A stretch of DNA of 60,493 nucleotides, filler included, from Sphacelaria rigidula (lineage: Eukaryota): NCBI GenBank assembly GCA_964200075.2. It is 7 parts of 7 records of this genome, joined end to end, with 100 filler letters (N's around TTAATTAATTAA, not from the genome) between each part and the next. Parts side by side here need not be neighbours in the genome. Positions count along the whole stretch, not along the records: positions 1 to 8,557 come from CAXNAA020010784.1; positions 8,658 to 17,214 come from CAXNAA020010785.1; 5 more parts are not named here. The stretch is one strand, 5' to 3'. Made by a program: the position numbers and the translations under genes. Position 1 is the stretch's first letter. Each line of letters begins with the position of its first letter. Below are positions 1 through 12,144 of this stretch, one piece after another. The notes beneath the pieces are model-generated. The model saw only the letters and a list, made by a program, of their open reading frames with translations. It had not been told where the DNA came from and did not search any database.

Positions 1-950
1 GCTCCGTCCCGGCTTTGTAGGAATGCGAGGTCAATGGTCTTATGACGATGGCATGCATGATCATGAGTACACCACCCCCCCACCCCCCATCGTAGAGTGA
101 CTCAACTAACACCCATCCCGAGGGGGGTGAAGGAACGCGAACTTTGGTCCCCCCAGATGCACTCGAGCTTTTTATATTAATCTGACTTCCGTGGTTGAAC
201 ATGTCAGGGCGTGAGCAGCCAAAAGAGTTCGTTTAACGAGAGTCGACGCGGGGTGGGAATGTTGGTCATGATCCAACCCGCAAGACCAAAATGCGAGAGC
301 GTGTTGCGGGGGAGAGGTGGGTTGATCCCTTGAGATCACAAAGTCATTCCGAGGCAGGGAAAGGGTTAAAAAAAGCATGATGGAATGGCGGGGGAACCTG
401 TTCAAGGATATACACTAGAGCCTCTTCTCCTCCCCTGCAGCCCTATCGAGGATATGTTAGTGTTTTCCTTGGGATCGATAGTTGCTCCCAGCCTGGTGTC
501 TACAGGTCAGCCCACCCTGTCCGTCTCTTTCGATTTTTTCCTTCACCATAAAATATATTCATCGAGTTTCCTTCTGCGAGAGTGTTCCCCTCCACTTACG
601 TTGGGTGTATACGCCTACCTTGAATGGTCAGGGCTAGTTTCGGTTCGTGGATTGGTCCATTCCACAATAATCGATCCATTCGATAAATCAATTGATTTTT
701 AATATAATATATATGTATATATATATATATATATATTTTTTCGTCACACTTCCAACCCTTCCCCTTCCTCGGAACGAATCCGTGGTCTCAAGGGATCAAC
801 CCGTCTTTCCCTCCGTGATTTACAAAGTACAGTCTTCAGCGAGTGTTTCAGTTAATTTGTCTCGGGTACGTCTTTCATGTGACCACGGCTGGACCCGTGG
901 CGGTCAGTTAAAGTGCGACAATCAATCAATCAGCCAATCAGGTATACAAA

Positions 951-1240
951 TATTTTCGTGAGATTGTGAGTAGAGCGCTGATTGAGCGTGGCTTTTATCA
1001 GTCGCTTTAACTTGGCCAATTTTTCACTCTGTAGGTGCTTTTCTTTCCCTGTATGACTGGCGCGTGCCTACAGCTACACGTCGATATCCTTCTCAGGGAT
1101 ATCAAGGGCTTCAGTGGCAAGCTACAGCAGAAAGCATATCGGACCTCGTGGAGGGGCATTTCGGAACTGAAACGGCTCATTCACTAATTGACCGCTTTTC
1201 ATTCTCAATCGTATCCTCTACTCTCAATCTCACGAAAATA
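951..1240. mobile_element. MITE with ~25-bp TIRs (second copy 3492-3776)
   Basis: TATTTTCGTGAGATTGTGAGTAGAG ... CTCTACTCTCAATCTCACGAAAATA; the interiors of the two copies align. Confidence 0.85.
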
Positions 1241-3257
1241 TTGTCGTCTGTACCGATCAGTTACCCGGTGGTACTACGATAGCGGTGCACGACAACCTTC
1301 GCAGGTTTGAATGGTTAGGAGCCCTCCATCTCATCCAAAAAACGGTGCATCAAATACATGAGGAAGCCTACCACGGTTGGCATTGCAATGGGCTAGGGAT
1401 ATTCGGAAAAAAATCGAAAAACGGGATTTTTCCTTATACCCATGTTCTCGTGTACCTCCTCTAGTTTCATGAGCCCCTCAAAAGGAAGCATCGAGCTCCA
1501 AATGTGCAGCTCTACTGTGTGGTATGACTCTACCGTCTAGCACAACAACAGATTTAGAAATAGAGACAATCGATCAATTTAATGAACCGTTCGTCAATCG
1601 ATTTACGAAATACAATCACCGCTCGGTTACCTTCTAAGGCCACAGAGACGCAGAAACAGAATGGCCGAGAAACCTACAGCAATGTATCGTTACCTGCCTC
1701 GATTTTATCGAAGAGCCTACGTCTCCTGTGGAATATATAATTCCATGTTCAACTCTTGATTTGCGATACCTGCTTTCAACTAGGCCAAGATCTTCATGCT
1801 GTATGACACATGTAGGCTGTAAAACATATTTTGTTTTTTTTCATCCACATCACATATGACAGTGTGGTACATATACCTACCGAATATGCACTCAGACACA
1901 CGTATGCGTGCAAAGGATAGATATTCATTGAAACCAATGAATATGTATACATATATATTCCGCACACAAGATTTGTCAAAACACCTGGCCCACGCAGTAA
2001 TGCAACATTAACATTTTCGCTTATCGCGTGAAACCACGGCATCAGAGCGTTAGGGCAACACTACATTGACTGTATATGTATATACATATATATTTACAGA
2101 ATTCGCACCTCCAAGATAACGGGCTAAACCTAGAGCTATGCCGCGGTACCCTCCCCCTCCTCCCCCCCCAGAAAAGTACCATCTCCGGCTCGGAAGGGAT
2201 GCGTGGTCAACGGTCAAGCGACTAAGGCAAGCAACAAATGACTACGCCCCCGTCCCCCACCCCCAGAAAAGTGGAATGGGGACCGAGGAAAAATCAACCT
2301 GTGAGAATTTTTTATCTCGTTTCTGAAACCAGCTATATTTGCATTCTTCATGGTGGTTTTGCAAACGCTGGTTTCTGAAGCTATACTCGTATCCTTTCCT
2401 ATAGTTTTCAAGACCTGGTTATCAGAACCAGCTGTCTGCATTCTCCGTGAAATTTCTAGGACCTGGTTTCCGAAACCACCCATCATCTCGATGCGCGGTA
2501 TGACCATTTCTGCGCAACAGTTTTGTGGCCCATTTGGGGGCCCATCTGGGGGGGCGTACTCATTTGTTGCTTGCCTTAGTCGTTTGACGACTGGCCAATT
2601 TGGGGGTGGACGGCTGTCGCAGTATCACTAACTAGTAATATACCGACCTCAGTGCGGTGTTTTAAATACACTCCCTACCATAGCCTCCACCCAAGAAAAA
2701 TGGCTGGTTTGGGGGGGTAAATTCTACGCGGAAATCAGAATATGGGAGAAGCCGAGCACAACGAGCAGCTGGGTGGGAATTCCCACGCTTGCGTTCGTTT
2801 TCGTCAAAGTCGCCCATATGAGGCGCTTCATGCAACCTGCACCCAAACACCAGACGCTGTTGTATGACCATATTTTTCGTAACAATTTGGGACTGGTTTT
2901 GAGTGCGGGGGGGGGGGGGGGGGGGGAAGGGGGGGTATCGTACAAAGTGTCAAAACATGTCTTGGAACGGTCTATTCTATCGCGGCAATTACTCGGGGAC
3001 GAGGAGGCCTTCTGGCTACCCTGCTTCGTTCAGCAGGACCGCTGTGAGTGTTGGCGATGGAATAACTCTACAGCGATGAGAAATCACATATCCTGTGTGC
3101 GACGTGTGTCGAACCCCAAAAGCGAATCCATATTCTGGAAATTATTTGGTGTGCCGGAAGTGTATAATCTTGATATGCCGGACGTGTATAATCGTTATGA
3201 AGATACATACAGCAAAAAGTGAACGCCCAACTCGTGCAGCCAGCCTTGCAGACTACA

Positions 3258-3386
3258 TCAACCCTTTGGGAACTAACCCACTGACGGTTTTTGTTTTGTG
3301 AGTCGGCATCATTTTGACTTGAAAATGAGTGAAAATGATGCCGACTCACAAAAACAAAATTCGTCAATGGGTTCCAGAATGGTTAA
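3258..3386. mobile_element. Palindromic piggyBac-like MITE (TTAA/CCC ends); relatives at 29441-29562 and 60421-60493 (truncated)
   Basis: Almost the whole element is an inverted repeat (GTGAGTCGGCATCATTTT / AAAATGATGCCGACTCAC). It ends in GGTTAA, and the 60421 copy starts TTAACCC. Confidence 0.75.
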
Positions 3387-3977
3387 CTTCCTAGTATTTA
3401 CTGTCATTTATTCGCCTTCTCGAAAAGGGTGGACTCAGAATAGGCGGGTGGGATCTTTGAGGGGCAGGTCGGGTAGGGTGGTACAACAACTTTTTCGTGA
3501 GATTGAGAGAAGGGCGTTGATTGGGGGTGGGTTTTATTATTCGTTCGAACTTTACCATTTTTCCATCCTGTGTGTGCTTTCTTTGCCTGTAACACGGGCG
3601 TGTGCTTATAGCTACACCTCGATATTCTACTGAGGGATATCACGGGCTTCAGTGGCAAGCTACTACAGGAAGCGTATCGGATTTCGTGAAGGGTCATTTC
3701 GGAACTGAAACGATTCATTCAGTTATTGGCCGCTTCTCACCCTCAATCGTATTCTCTACTCTCAATCTCACGAAAACATTATTATTGTATGTACTTTTGA
3801 GTACCTCGGTGTGATACCCAGCTATTTACTTTACCCATTTTTTCGGTTAATTGGATACGATTTCATCCTCTGAACACATATCAGGTAGTTCGTGTATGTT
3901 CTCAATACTCTGTTACCTGAAAAAATGATAAGTAATCCCAGCGATACCCGTGTAGAGTATCACCCTGGTATGATTTC

Positions 3978-4634
3978 TGTTATGGTATTTGAAGGAACTA
4001 GTGCTGGTAAGGAACCGAAGCACCCGGGGTGTCGGAGTAAATGAACGTTGGATATGACTCTTGGTCGGCTGTCGTGGCTCGTCAGCTTGCCTGAAGATAC
4101 AGATATACAATGTGTTCTGGATAGTCGATGGGAGATACAGTATGGTTGATGTCTGCTGCACATCGAATAATCATGTGCACAACGGAGAGTGTTCGCGGAA
4201 CGTCCGTTGGATGGAGGATTTCTGCTCTTTGGTTATTGTATCATGATTTGATACGGATATAACTCCTGCGTAAGGTAGTCACACAGTCGCCCCCAGCCCT
4301 CCCATGAGCACTTCATTTCGGGCCCAGGATATCATCAGCCTTGCCGCCGTTGCTCTGAGTTCCAAGGGAGTCCTTACCAGAGAGTTTGTGGTCGTGGGGA
4401 AACTACTGGCTGTGGTTCGTATTGTGACCTAGAAGGCGATAACTGTTTTTGTTTGTGTGAACACATGGATTCAACTGCTACTGCTGTTATTGGATCTCTA
4501 TTGATTTGCTGCACCCAGCTGTGCGCATTGCAACCTGGCACACACGGCTTGAGCCTCTGTTCGTGAGAACATATCAGGGCAAAGGTGGACCGAGGCTGCC
4601 TTCTCCAAGGCAATTGGCCTATAAGTGCATAATA
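3978..4634 (+). mobile_element. ~655-bp LTR-like unit; inverted partial copies at 4636-5147 and 5256-5590
   Basis: Starts TGTTATG and ends CATAATA, one mismatch from the TG...CA inverted terminus. 4636-5147 is the reverse complement of ~3978-4507, and 5256-5590 of ~4300-4634. Confidence 0.65.
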
Positions 4635-5726
4635 TAATCAATACAGACCTAAATCACAGTAGCAGCAATTTGGATCCAGGTGTTCACATAAACAAAATCA
4701 TCGCCTTGTAGTTTACAATACGAACCACAGCCAATAGTTCCTCCAAACTATGAAGCGTACTGGTAAGGACTCACTTGGAACTCAGAGCAACGGCAGCAAA
4801 AGCTGATGATGTCCTGGGCCCGAAATAGAGTGAGCTCAGATGGGCTCGGGGCGATGGTGTAACTACCTTACGCAGGAGTTACATCTGTATCAAATCAAAA
4901 TACAATAAGCAAGGAGTAGAAATCCTCCATTCAACGAACGTTCCGGGAACACTACCCGTTGTGCACATGATCATTCAATGTGCAGCAGACATCAACCATA
5001 CTGTATCTTCCATCGACTATTCGGAACATGAAATTGGATCTTTCAACAAACTGGCATGTCTCGGCGGCTAACCAAGAGTCATATCCAACCTTCATTTATT
5101 CCATCTTTATGTCCAGAGCGACGCTAGTTCCTTCAAATACCATAACATCTCAATACTCTACCCACGTATTGGGTAGAGTTGGGTACGATCTCAATACCCT
5201 ACCCAATTTTTGGGTAAAATTTGCATGATTTGAAAGTACGACATTTCAAAATACTATTGTGAACTTATAGCCTAGTCGCCTCCGAGAAGGCAGCCTCAGT
5301 ATACCTTTGTCCTGTTATGTTCTCACGAACAGAGGCTCGAGTCGTGTGTGCCCGTGCAATGCGCCGCTGGATGCAGCAAATCAATACAGACCCAAATCGC
5401 AGTAGTAGCGATCGAATCCAGATGTTCACAGAAATATATTATCTCCTCGTGGTCTACAATACGAACCACAGCCAGTAGTGATCCCACGACTATAAAGCTC
5501 ACTGGTGAGGACTCACTTGGAACTCAGAGCAACGGCGGTAAAACTGATGATGTCCTGGGCCCAAAATAGAGTGCTAATGGCGGGAGCTCAACGCCCAGAT
5601 GTTTGTCATCGAGAAGCTCCCTAAAGTGCAAAGCCTCAGAGAAAAAAATATGTGCACCCCTACCGTAGAACACCTAGCTCTTCATCATACCCCATTTTTT
5701 CGTGGAAATCGGATCGACTCGTACAG

Positions 5727-6076
5727 GCCAGGTTCGAGAGATGTGAGGTGGGTGGGGGGGGCGAGAGCTCTCCAGGACCAGGGGGCGCCCTGTACGTCGG
5801 CGACAAGGGCTTTGTCGTGTTCGAGGAAGGTGTGCGAATCAGCGAAGTGTCCATCTTGGACGACGAGGGCAATAATGGCGCCGGCATCTACAACCAAGGC
5901 ACCGTCCTGGTCAAGGGTGACTCCAAGTTCGAGCGCCTGTTTGCGGAGACGGCCGGGGCGATATACAACGCCGAGGGAGCGTCCTTCAAGTTTAAGGGCG
6001 GAGCGACCGTGATCTTTACCGATTGCAGATCGTCCGATGGATACGCCGGGGTGATTTACAACGCCGGGTACCTAAG
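5727..6076 (+). CDS. Penultimate exon of a polymorphic-outer-membrane-protein (Pmp)/adhesin-like beta-helix repeat protein
   Basis: Acceptor gtacAG at 5725-5726 and donor AG|GTAAGG at 6077. GC-rich frame ARFERCEV...GGALYV...GAGIYNQG...AGAIYN...AGVIYNAG has recurring GGA(I/L)-type motifs. The exon ends in phase 2. Confidence 0.85.
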
Positions 6077-7950
6077 GTAAGGCGTTCAAGGATTTGGGGC
6101 GGCAGTGCCAAGGAGAGGAGACGGAAGTGTGAAAAAAAGGGGGGGGGGGGGTGGTTCAGTGCACCGCATTATTTGGCATTTCTACACACACATACACACA
6201 CACATATGCGGGCGCGCGCCATGTTCACCGAAACGTTCTTGTACAACACTGTGACTTCACCAATGCTCCCTTCACGGTGCTGTGATTGGATCATGACAAA
6301 AGTCCGTTTCAATACTCTCGTACCTGGCTCTTGTTCTGTAATGTCAAGGGAGGACGGGAGAGGGGGTTGTACTCGTGGTATTGCATGCCGTAGTCGAAAA
6401 CCATTATTGGCTTCGCATTCCTACAATGCCGGGACGGAGCACGCCGGGTGGGGGGGATTCTGGAAGAAGTCCTCAATACTGTGTGGGGATAAGTCTAGGC
6501 AGGGGATGTAAGTATCTTGTTCTTGTGTACCATAATACCGTATCTTGTGTAACAGCCACAGTTCATTTATGTGCATATATACGAAGTATATATATATATA
6601 TATGTACATATCGGGCTATCGAGGCTCATAAAAATAGGGCGACGCGTGCACTGCGCCAAGTTTACAGGGGGTTTTCGTGTGTTCGGATCCCACACTGCCT
6701 GGAGCAAAGCTTTCCGAACGCTCGAGGCGCCTACGCCACATGACTGCCGCGAGGCGATCTAGCCCAGCCTACGAGCAATCGGCATACGAACCCGTTCTCG
6801 GAATAAGTGCTGGGTGAGGTTTCCCCCTTTCTTTGGGGAGAGAAAAAACGTGACAATCGGGGCCGATAGGATGATGACGATACTCGGGCGTTAACTTCGT
6901 GTCAAATGTTTGAGGTCTATATTTTGTACTTACCGAATACGTCGTGTATGCGGTACATTAAGTGTACAGGTACAGTACCAGGTACAGAGATCGCACCCCA
7001 GCAATATTCGAGCTTTGGTTGTCAACACGCTCGTGAGCACGGCAGAGATCAGTCCGTCTCTACGCCGTGGAGACAAAACGGGGCTCAGGCATGCATGTCA
7101 TGAATTCCTCACCAACAGTTAGGCTGTTAACCATGCGCACAGTCGAGAGAACAGGGCATCATCGTCATCCTCTATGATAGGGGTATCGCAGAGGCCTAAC
7201 CGATGGGCTGGGGAGAGAACACAACAACTGCGCCATTAATTATTTTCGCGTTTCTGGCAGTCTTGCCCGGGTGGGGGCATCATACGCTCTGATTCCCGGC
7301 ATCGCCCTTAAAAACTGCGCACTGCTATCAGGGGAAACATGGTGTCATTTATCATGAATCGATTCTTCTGAACGGGCAGGGGGGGGGCGTACTCATGATC
7401 ATGCATGTCACAGTCATAAGACCATTGACCTCGCATCCCTGCAAAGCCGGGGCGGAGCACGCCGAGTTTTTGACGGACCAGGCTCGCATTCAACCACCAA
7501 GCGGGCAGAGGAGGTGGGGGGGGGTCTAAAAGGCAGGATACGATCGCACGTGCTTCATCCATTTTGTGCTGCTTTTTCTTCTACGGGTGATCGCGTAGTT
7601 AACCTAGCTGGAACCAAATTTGTGCATATACACACTCATACACACAAAGTTCTTTTTGTCTCGCACATCATATATATATATGGATACAGTCATCTCGAAA
7701 CCATTGCCGATCACCTCTCTCTGCGGACCCCTCGTAAACCTCGAAACACGCAAGAAATCGACGTCCCCCCTCATCGTCTTCCTCCCCTCTAGATATGTTG
7801 GCCCCGCCAGGAAAATCCGGGATGCAGAGCATTGAACGTTAAATGAATAAGGCTGTTCTTCCATCAGAATCTCGGGACGCCGGTAAACTTATGACTTCTT
7901 CAATATTGTCCCCCTTACTCGTTCCTGAACCAATCAATGATCCCCGCCAG

Positions 7951-8218
7951 ATTTTCGGGAGCAGCTCTGTTCCTCAACGGGAAATCGTTCTGGCACGGGG
8001 GTGCCATAGTTGTGCAGCGTACAGGGGAGACGGTACTTTCGGAAGATACCGTATTTTTCCAAAACGAAAGTGGTGATGACATCGGCGCTCCCGTTTATGT
8101 TGTGGATGGAGGTTCCTTGGAAGTCCCTGATGATCTCCTCTTCATCGGGAATGCTGACGAAGATGCCGTATGTGGGACGATCTACTTCGAGGACGACGAG
8201 GAGTGTGTTGGAGGATGA
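7951..8218 (+). CDS. Terminal exon of the same Pmp-like protein
   Basis: Acceptor ccgccAG at 7949-7950 is phase-compatible with exon 5727-6076 (AG|A = Arg). Encodes FSGAALFLNG...HGGAIVV...FFQN...CVGG and stops at TGA 8216-8218. Contains GGAI and FxxN motifs. Confidence 0.85.
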
Positions 8219-8557
8219 CAACAAACGCGTTGACTTTTGTTTGGGGGCATGACTTTATACATTCGAATGAAGATCCTTGAGACTCGAACCAAGAGAGGAA
8301 TTTCTCTCCGGTAGGGGTGCACAATTCTTTTCTTAGGCTCTGCACCTCAGGAGCCTCTCGATGATGAACATCTGGGCCTCAGTATGCAGTCTCAAAAACC
8401 TTTTGGACTGAAAAGTGCACCGCTACCGTAGAATCACTCAAAGAGAGAGAGAGGGGCGTACTCATTTGTTGCTTGCCTTAGTCATTTGACCATTGACCAC
8501 GCATCCCTTTCGAGACGGAGCAAGAAAGAGAGAGGGGGGGGGGGGGGGGGGGGGGGG

Positions 8558-8657
8558 NNNNNNNNNNNNNNNNNNNNNNNNNNNNNNNNNNNNNNNNNNN
8601 NTTAATTAATTAANNNNNNNNNNNNNNNNNNNNNNNNNNNNNNNNNNNNNNNNNNNN
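8558..8657. other. Artificial contig linker N44-TTAATTAATTAA-N44 (also 17215-17314, 25871-25970, 34527-34626, 43183-43282, 51839-51938)
   Basis: Six identical 100-bp spacers contain a six-frame stop linker, and the intervening contigs are 8557-8555 bp in descending order. Confidence 0.97.
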
Positions 8658-8761
8658 GTCCGGCGAAAACCCGGCGTGCTCCGTCCCGGCTTTGTAGGGA
8701 TGCGAGGTCAATGGTCTGATGACTATGGCGTGCATGATCATGAGTACACCCTTCCCCCCCC
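8658..8761 (+). repeat. Short structured dispersed element, subfamily D (~90-100 bp, ends in a C-run)
   Basis: Copies at 1-80(+), 6360-6447(-), 7378-7470(-), 8658-8761(+), 8965-9010 (partial). Confidence 0.85.
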
Positions 8762-10336
8762 TCTCCGCCCGACACCCATGAGGTAGTGTATAAGCCATGG
8801 CTGTCCCTGGAAGCGGCGATACCAGATAATAAAGCAACTCAATGGAGACTGTGATCCAACTGCAAAATAATCAGTAGGCTTTGGGCCGAAACATCTTAGC
8901 AGGCTGCAGCTCACCCTCCATGCGACTCGCCGAACACACCACGGCGCTTCGCGCTTGNNNNNNNGATGACTATGGCATGCATGATCATGAGTACACCCCT
9001 CTTCCCCCCCCCGCCCCTCCTCGGAATGAGTCCGTGCTCTCAAGGGATCAGCCTATCTCTCCCTCGATACACGCGTCCTTATATTTTGGTATCGCGGACG
9101 GGATAAGCGCAGAGAGGACCGACACTTCTGCACTGCATCGGCTGTCGACAAACACAAACTCAGCCGAATCGACAACTTCCGCTGTTCACGTACGCCCTCA
9201 CGCTTCCAACGACAAAACAATCAGATAATTCTGAAAAAAAAGCAAAACGATGGAAGTCAGATACTTCTGAGGGAAAAAAAAACGCAATATGACGTCTCCG
9301 GCGTTAACCGATATCGCGTTTTCTCCGCCCTAATGATGTCCGCTGCATCACTTAAATTTAACACACTAGGTATATGTTTTGTGTATTTTGTAGCATTGAG
9401 ATGAAGCACTAGGTCCAAGTCGACGTCCGGTACAACCGCAATGGCCAGCTTAAAGCCACCCGTACACTTGTATTCCTCTACCTGGTGCCTGCAGAATGTT
9501 CAAGTACCCGTGTCGAGGTACTCGCCCTCCCCCCTTCCTCAAGCAGAAAAGGAAAGAAAGAGATATACCAGTAGTCGAGTGGAGGAGGCAGTATTTGCGC
9601 AGAAGTGACCATGTGACAAAGCAACAGAGAGTAGAACTCACACAGCGGCAGAATGTGGACTTTACAAGGAGGAACGGGACGTTTTAGAGAGAGAGATGTG
9701 GGGAGTAGACGAAGATGGTATGGGATCGTTTGATGCATTACACCGTACCGCAAAGATCCCTCCTAGCGGTTAGCTTCTATGCGAGACGTGAATCACACGA
9801 ACGACAGAACACGGGATAGAACATCTGCATCACGTGAAACAATTTACCCCAACACTGTCAGATGTCCCACCGAGCTCAGGGTCAGTTGCCCAAACGTTAC
9901 AGATGTTGTGTGTCGAGCATAGAGCAGCGTTTCAAACGGTGTCCGGTGTTCCATTCAGTTCAGAACGTGTCTTGTCAAGTAATTTTTCGACCCAAAGAGT
10001 GCGACGGAAAATAACAACTCCGATCTGATAGGTCGCCATTTTCATGTAAACGACATGGACATAAAATCACAAACCTGTCCTGACCTGTCAGATCGTATTC
10101 TCTCTTATCCGCCGTACCCCTTTGATGAGAAAAATATTTTCACGATACACGGCCTGAGAAGGAAATACGAGTTGCGCAAGCGTTGGCGAAACAACGACCA
10201 AGTTCGAAGGCCAATGACGCTTTTTAGGAACAAATTTATCTCGCGTCATGCAAAAAGTCTGTTTTATTGCAAGAGGTAAAACAAGCTAATAATGCTTCGG
10301 TTACCGTCTGCAACTACAGCAACACCATTGCCGGGG

Positions 10337-10470
10337 AACTTGCAAGCATTGTCATCATCCAACCTGTTCCATAACAATCTTGCAAGCATTTTCATCATCC
10401 AACTTGCAAGCATTGTCACCTCCAACTTGCAAGCATTGTCATCATCCAACTTGCAAGCATTGTCCTCACC
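10337..10470. repeat. Minisatellite, ~24-bp unit AACTTGCAAGCATTGTCATCATCC x5
   Basis: Direct tandem copies, with one short insertion after the first. Confidence 0.9.
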
Positions 10471-10767
10471 TAATACATACATGCCATTAGTCACCTGTAT
10501 CTTGAGTCTTCTTGTGTGACGTATCGCGTGGACATAGCACTTCTCACAGGAACAGGGGCAATACGCCAAGTAAAAAAAAACGCTCAATATTATTGGGCCC
10601 ACAACCACACCAGACGGGGTCCTAAGAACGCTTGTAGTACAGTACAACATGAGTGCAGCGAACGTGTGCTAGATGCGCACAGTATATCAGTCTCTACCGT
10701 TCATCAAGTCTGTTATGCCCTTTGCGCACAGCATATTGTCTGGTTGCACGTACAGTGTTGCATGCCT

Positions 10768-11143
10768 TGTGTTGTTGTGTGTTGTCGTCCCATCTATTCT
10801 GGACGACGGTCTACAGCTTTCGGTATATGTGGGCGCACCCGCCGGGGTCACACAGGCGGAAGGTAAACACAGGAGCTTTTCCTTTTTGTTCGTTCGTTTG
10901 TTTTTGGCAAATATTTCTCCACTTTCCTTCTGCGGTGCTTGCCTGTATTTTTTCATCACGGGAGGAGTTCAGCAATCCCTTTCCCTCGTCGACCATTAAG
11001 TCGAATGTTGTGTACCCACGATAAAGTTGCTCTTCACAGTTGGGCACTGTGTGAGAAAAATCCCAGAACGCTTCGAGATCCGAATTCACGACTCAACCGT
11101 CAGAAGATTTCGAGGTTATCAACTGAGCCACCGGGGCGACCGG
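10768..11143 (-). mobile_element. SINE family A, full-length copy
   Basis: Reverse-complement tRNA-like head at the right end (ccggggcgaccgg) and a TG-rich tail at the left end. Confidence 0.85.
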
Positions 11144-11177
11144 CATCTCTTGTAGGATCGATTATTCGTGAACCCAC

Positions 11178-11278
11178 CTGGTATGGTTGACGGTGCGTCT
11201 TCTCTAGCTGGAATCTTGAAGCTCTCCGACACGCTGCCCACGTGGGCGTTCTTCATCCACGTAGCGTCTAGTCGTTCC
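11178..11278 (-). CDS. Probable next exon of the same unidentified gene (R-ERLDATWMKNAHVGSVSESFKIPAREDAPSTIP)
   Basis: Acceptor ggtAG and donor CAG|GTGGGT. Only one frame is open, and it is the one required by the upstream exon's phase. Confidence 0.45.
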
Positions 11279-11553
11279 CTACCGTGTGCAACAGTACGAC
11301 TTGTATAAGACGATGGCACCAGGATGACTTGGCACTACCTTGTACTTCGATAAGGATGTTCATTCCTTGTATGTCTTCCCCCAATACTCCGTTAATGTAA
11401 GGAATTGGAGTATCGGTACTGGAACGGCGAGCCTACGTCTGTCATAAGGGATTTGAGAGATCGGACTCACGTGCGGAAATAACAACAACACAACAGTAAT
11501 GATCATGATGGCGATTATTATACAGATAATGACAAAAATAGTGATGGTGATAA

Positions 11554-11754
11554 TAGAGAGTGTCGGAGAACGCTTTTTTGTCATCCCAGAGTGGAAATAT
11601 CTCAGGATCAGAGTGTAACGAAAAATTAGTTTCCCCTCCGTCAAATGTGGTATCCCCCCAACGTTTTTTCGATGAGTCTTGTTTCTCTACTCTGCACTCT
11701 AATCCTGAGATATTTGCACTCAAAAATGACAAAAGTAAGTTTTCCGAAATTCTA
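11554..11754. mobile_element. MITE with ~60-bp TIRs (TAGA... ends, hAT-like) inserted in a trinucleotide-repeat tract
   Basis: GAGTGGAAATATCTCAGGATCAGAGTG vs CACTCTAATCCTGAGATATTTGCACTC. Confidence 0.75.
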
Positions 11755-12144
11755 CAATGATGGTGATTATGATGATGGTAATGGTAATGATCATGATCAT
11801 GATAATAATGGTAGTGGTAATAATAATAACCTTACGTACATGGTTTTTGTGATCACGGCCGGCGTGGTAATGTATCAGTAAATGTACGATAATCAATTGA
11901 CCACTCAACCAATCAAACATCGAACACGGAAAAAATGCCTCGTGCGAGACATTGGTGTCAATGCATGGTTATCTTGGACAGAGCGTCTACAGATAGCTGT
12001 AAAAGAAAAACAAGAAATAATGATGAGCACAATCGTTGGTGAAAATACTTGATTGACGAGAAAGTATTACACACCCTCGACAATAGATGGCATCGTCAAA
12101 ACTTGTACCACGTACAGTATGGAATCTATAGTCTACTGCAACAG

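Noticed and set aside
4802-4830. Hammerhead-like core CTGATGA...GAAA in the LTR-like unit (also 5544-5567 and reverse ~4316-4338)
   Set aside because: Stem II lacks a proper closing pair, no stem I/III with an NUH cleavage triplet could be built, and the third copy has lost GAAA.
11075-11143. tRNA genes at SINE heads
   Set aside because: A and B boxes are present, but there is no complete cloverleaf or acceptor stem and the heads are always fused to the SINE body.
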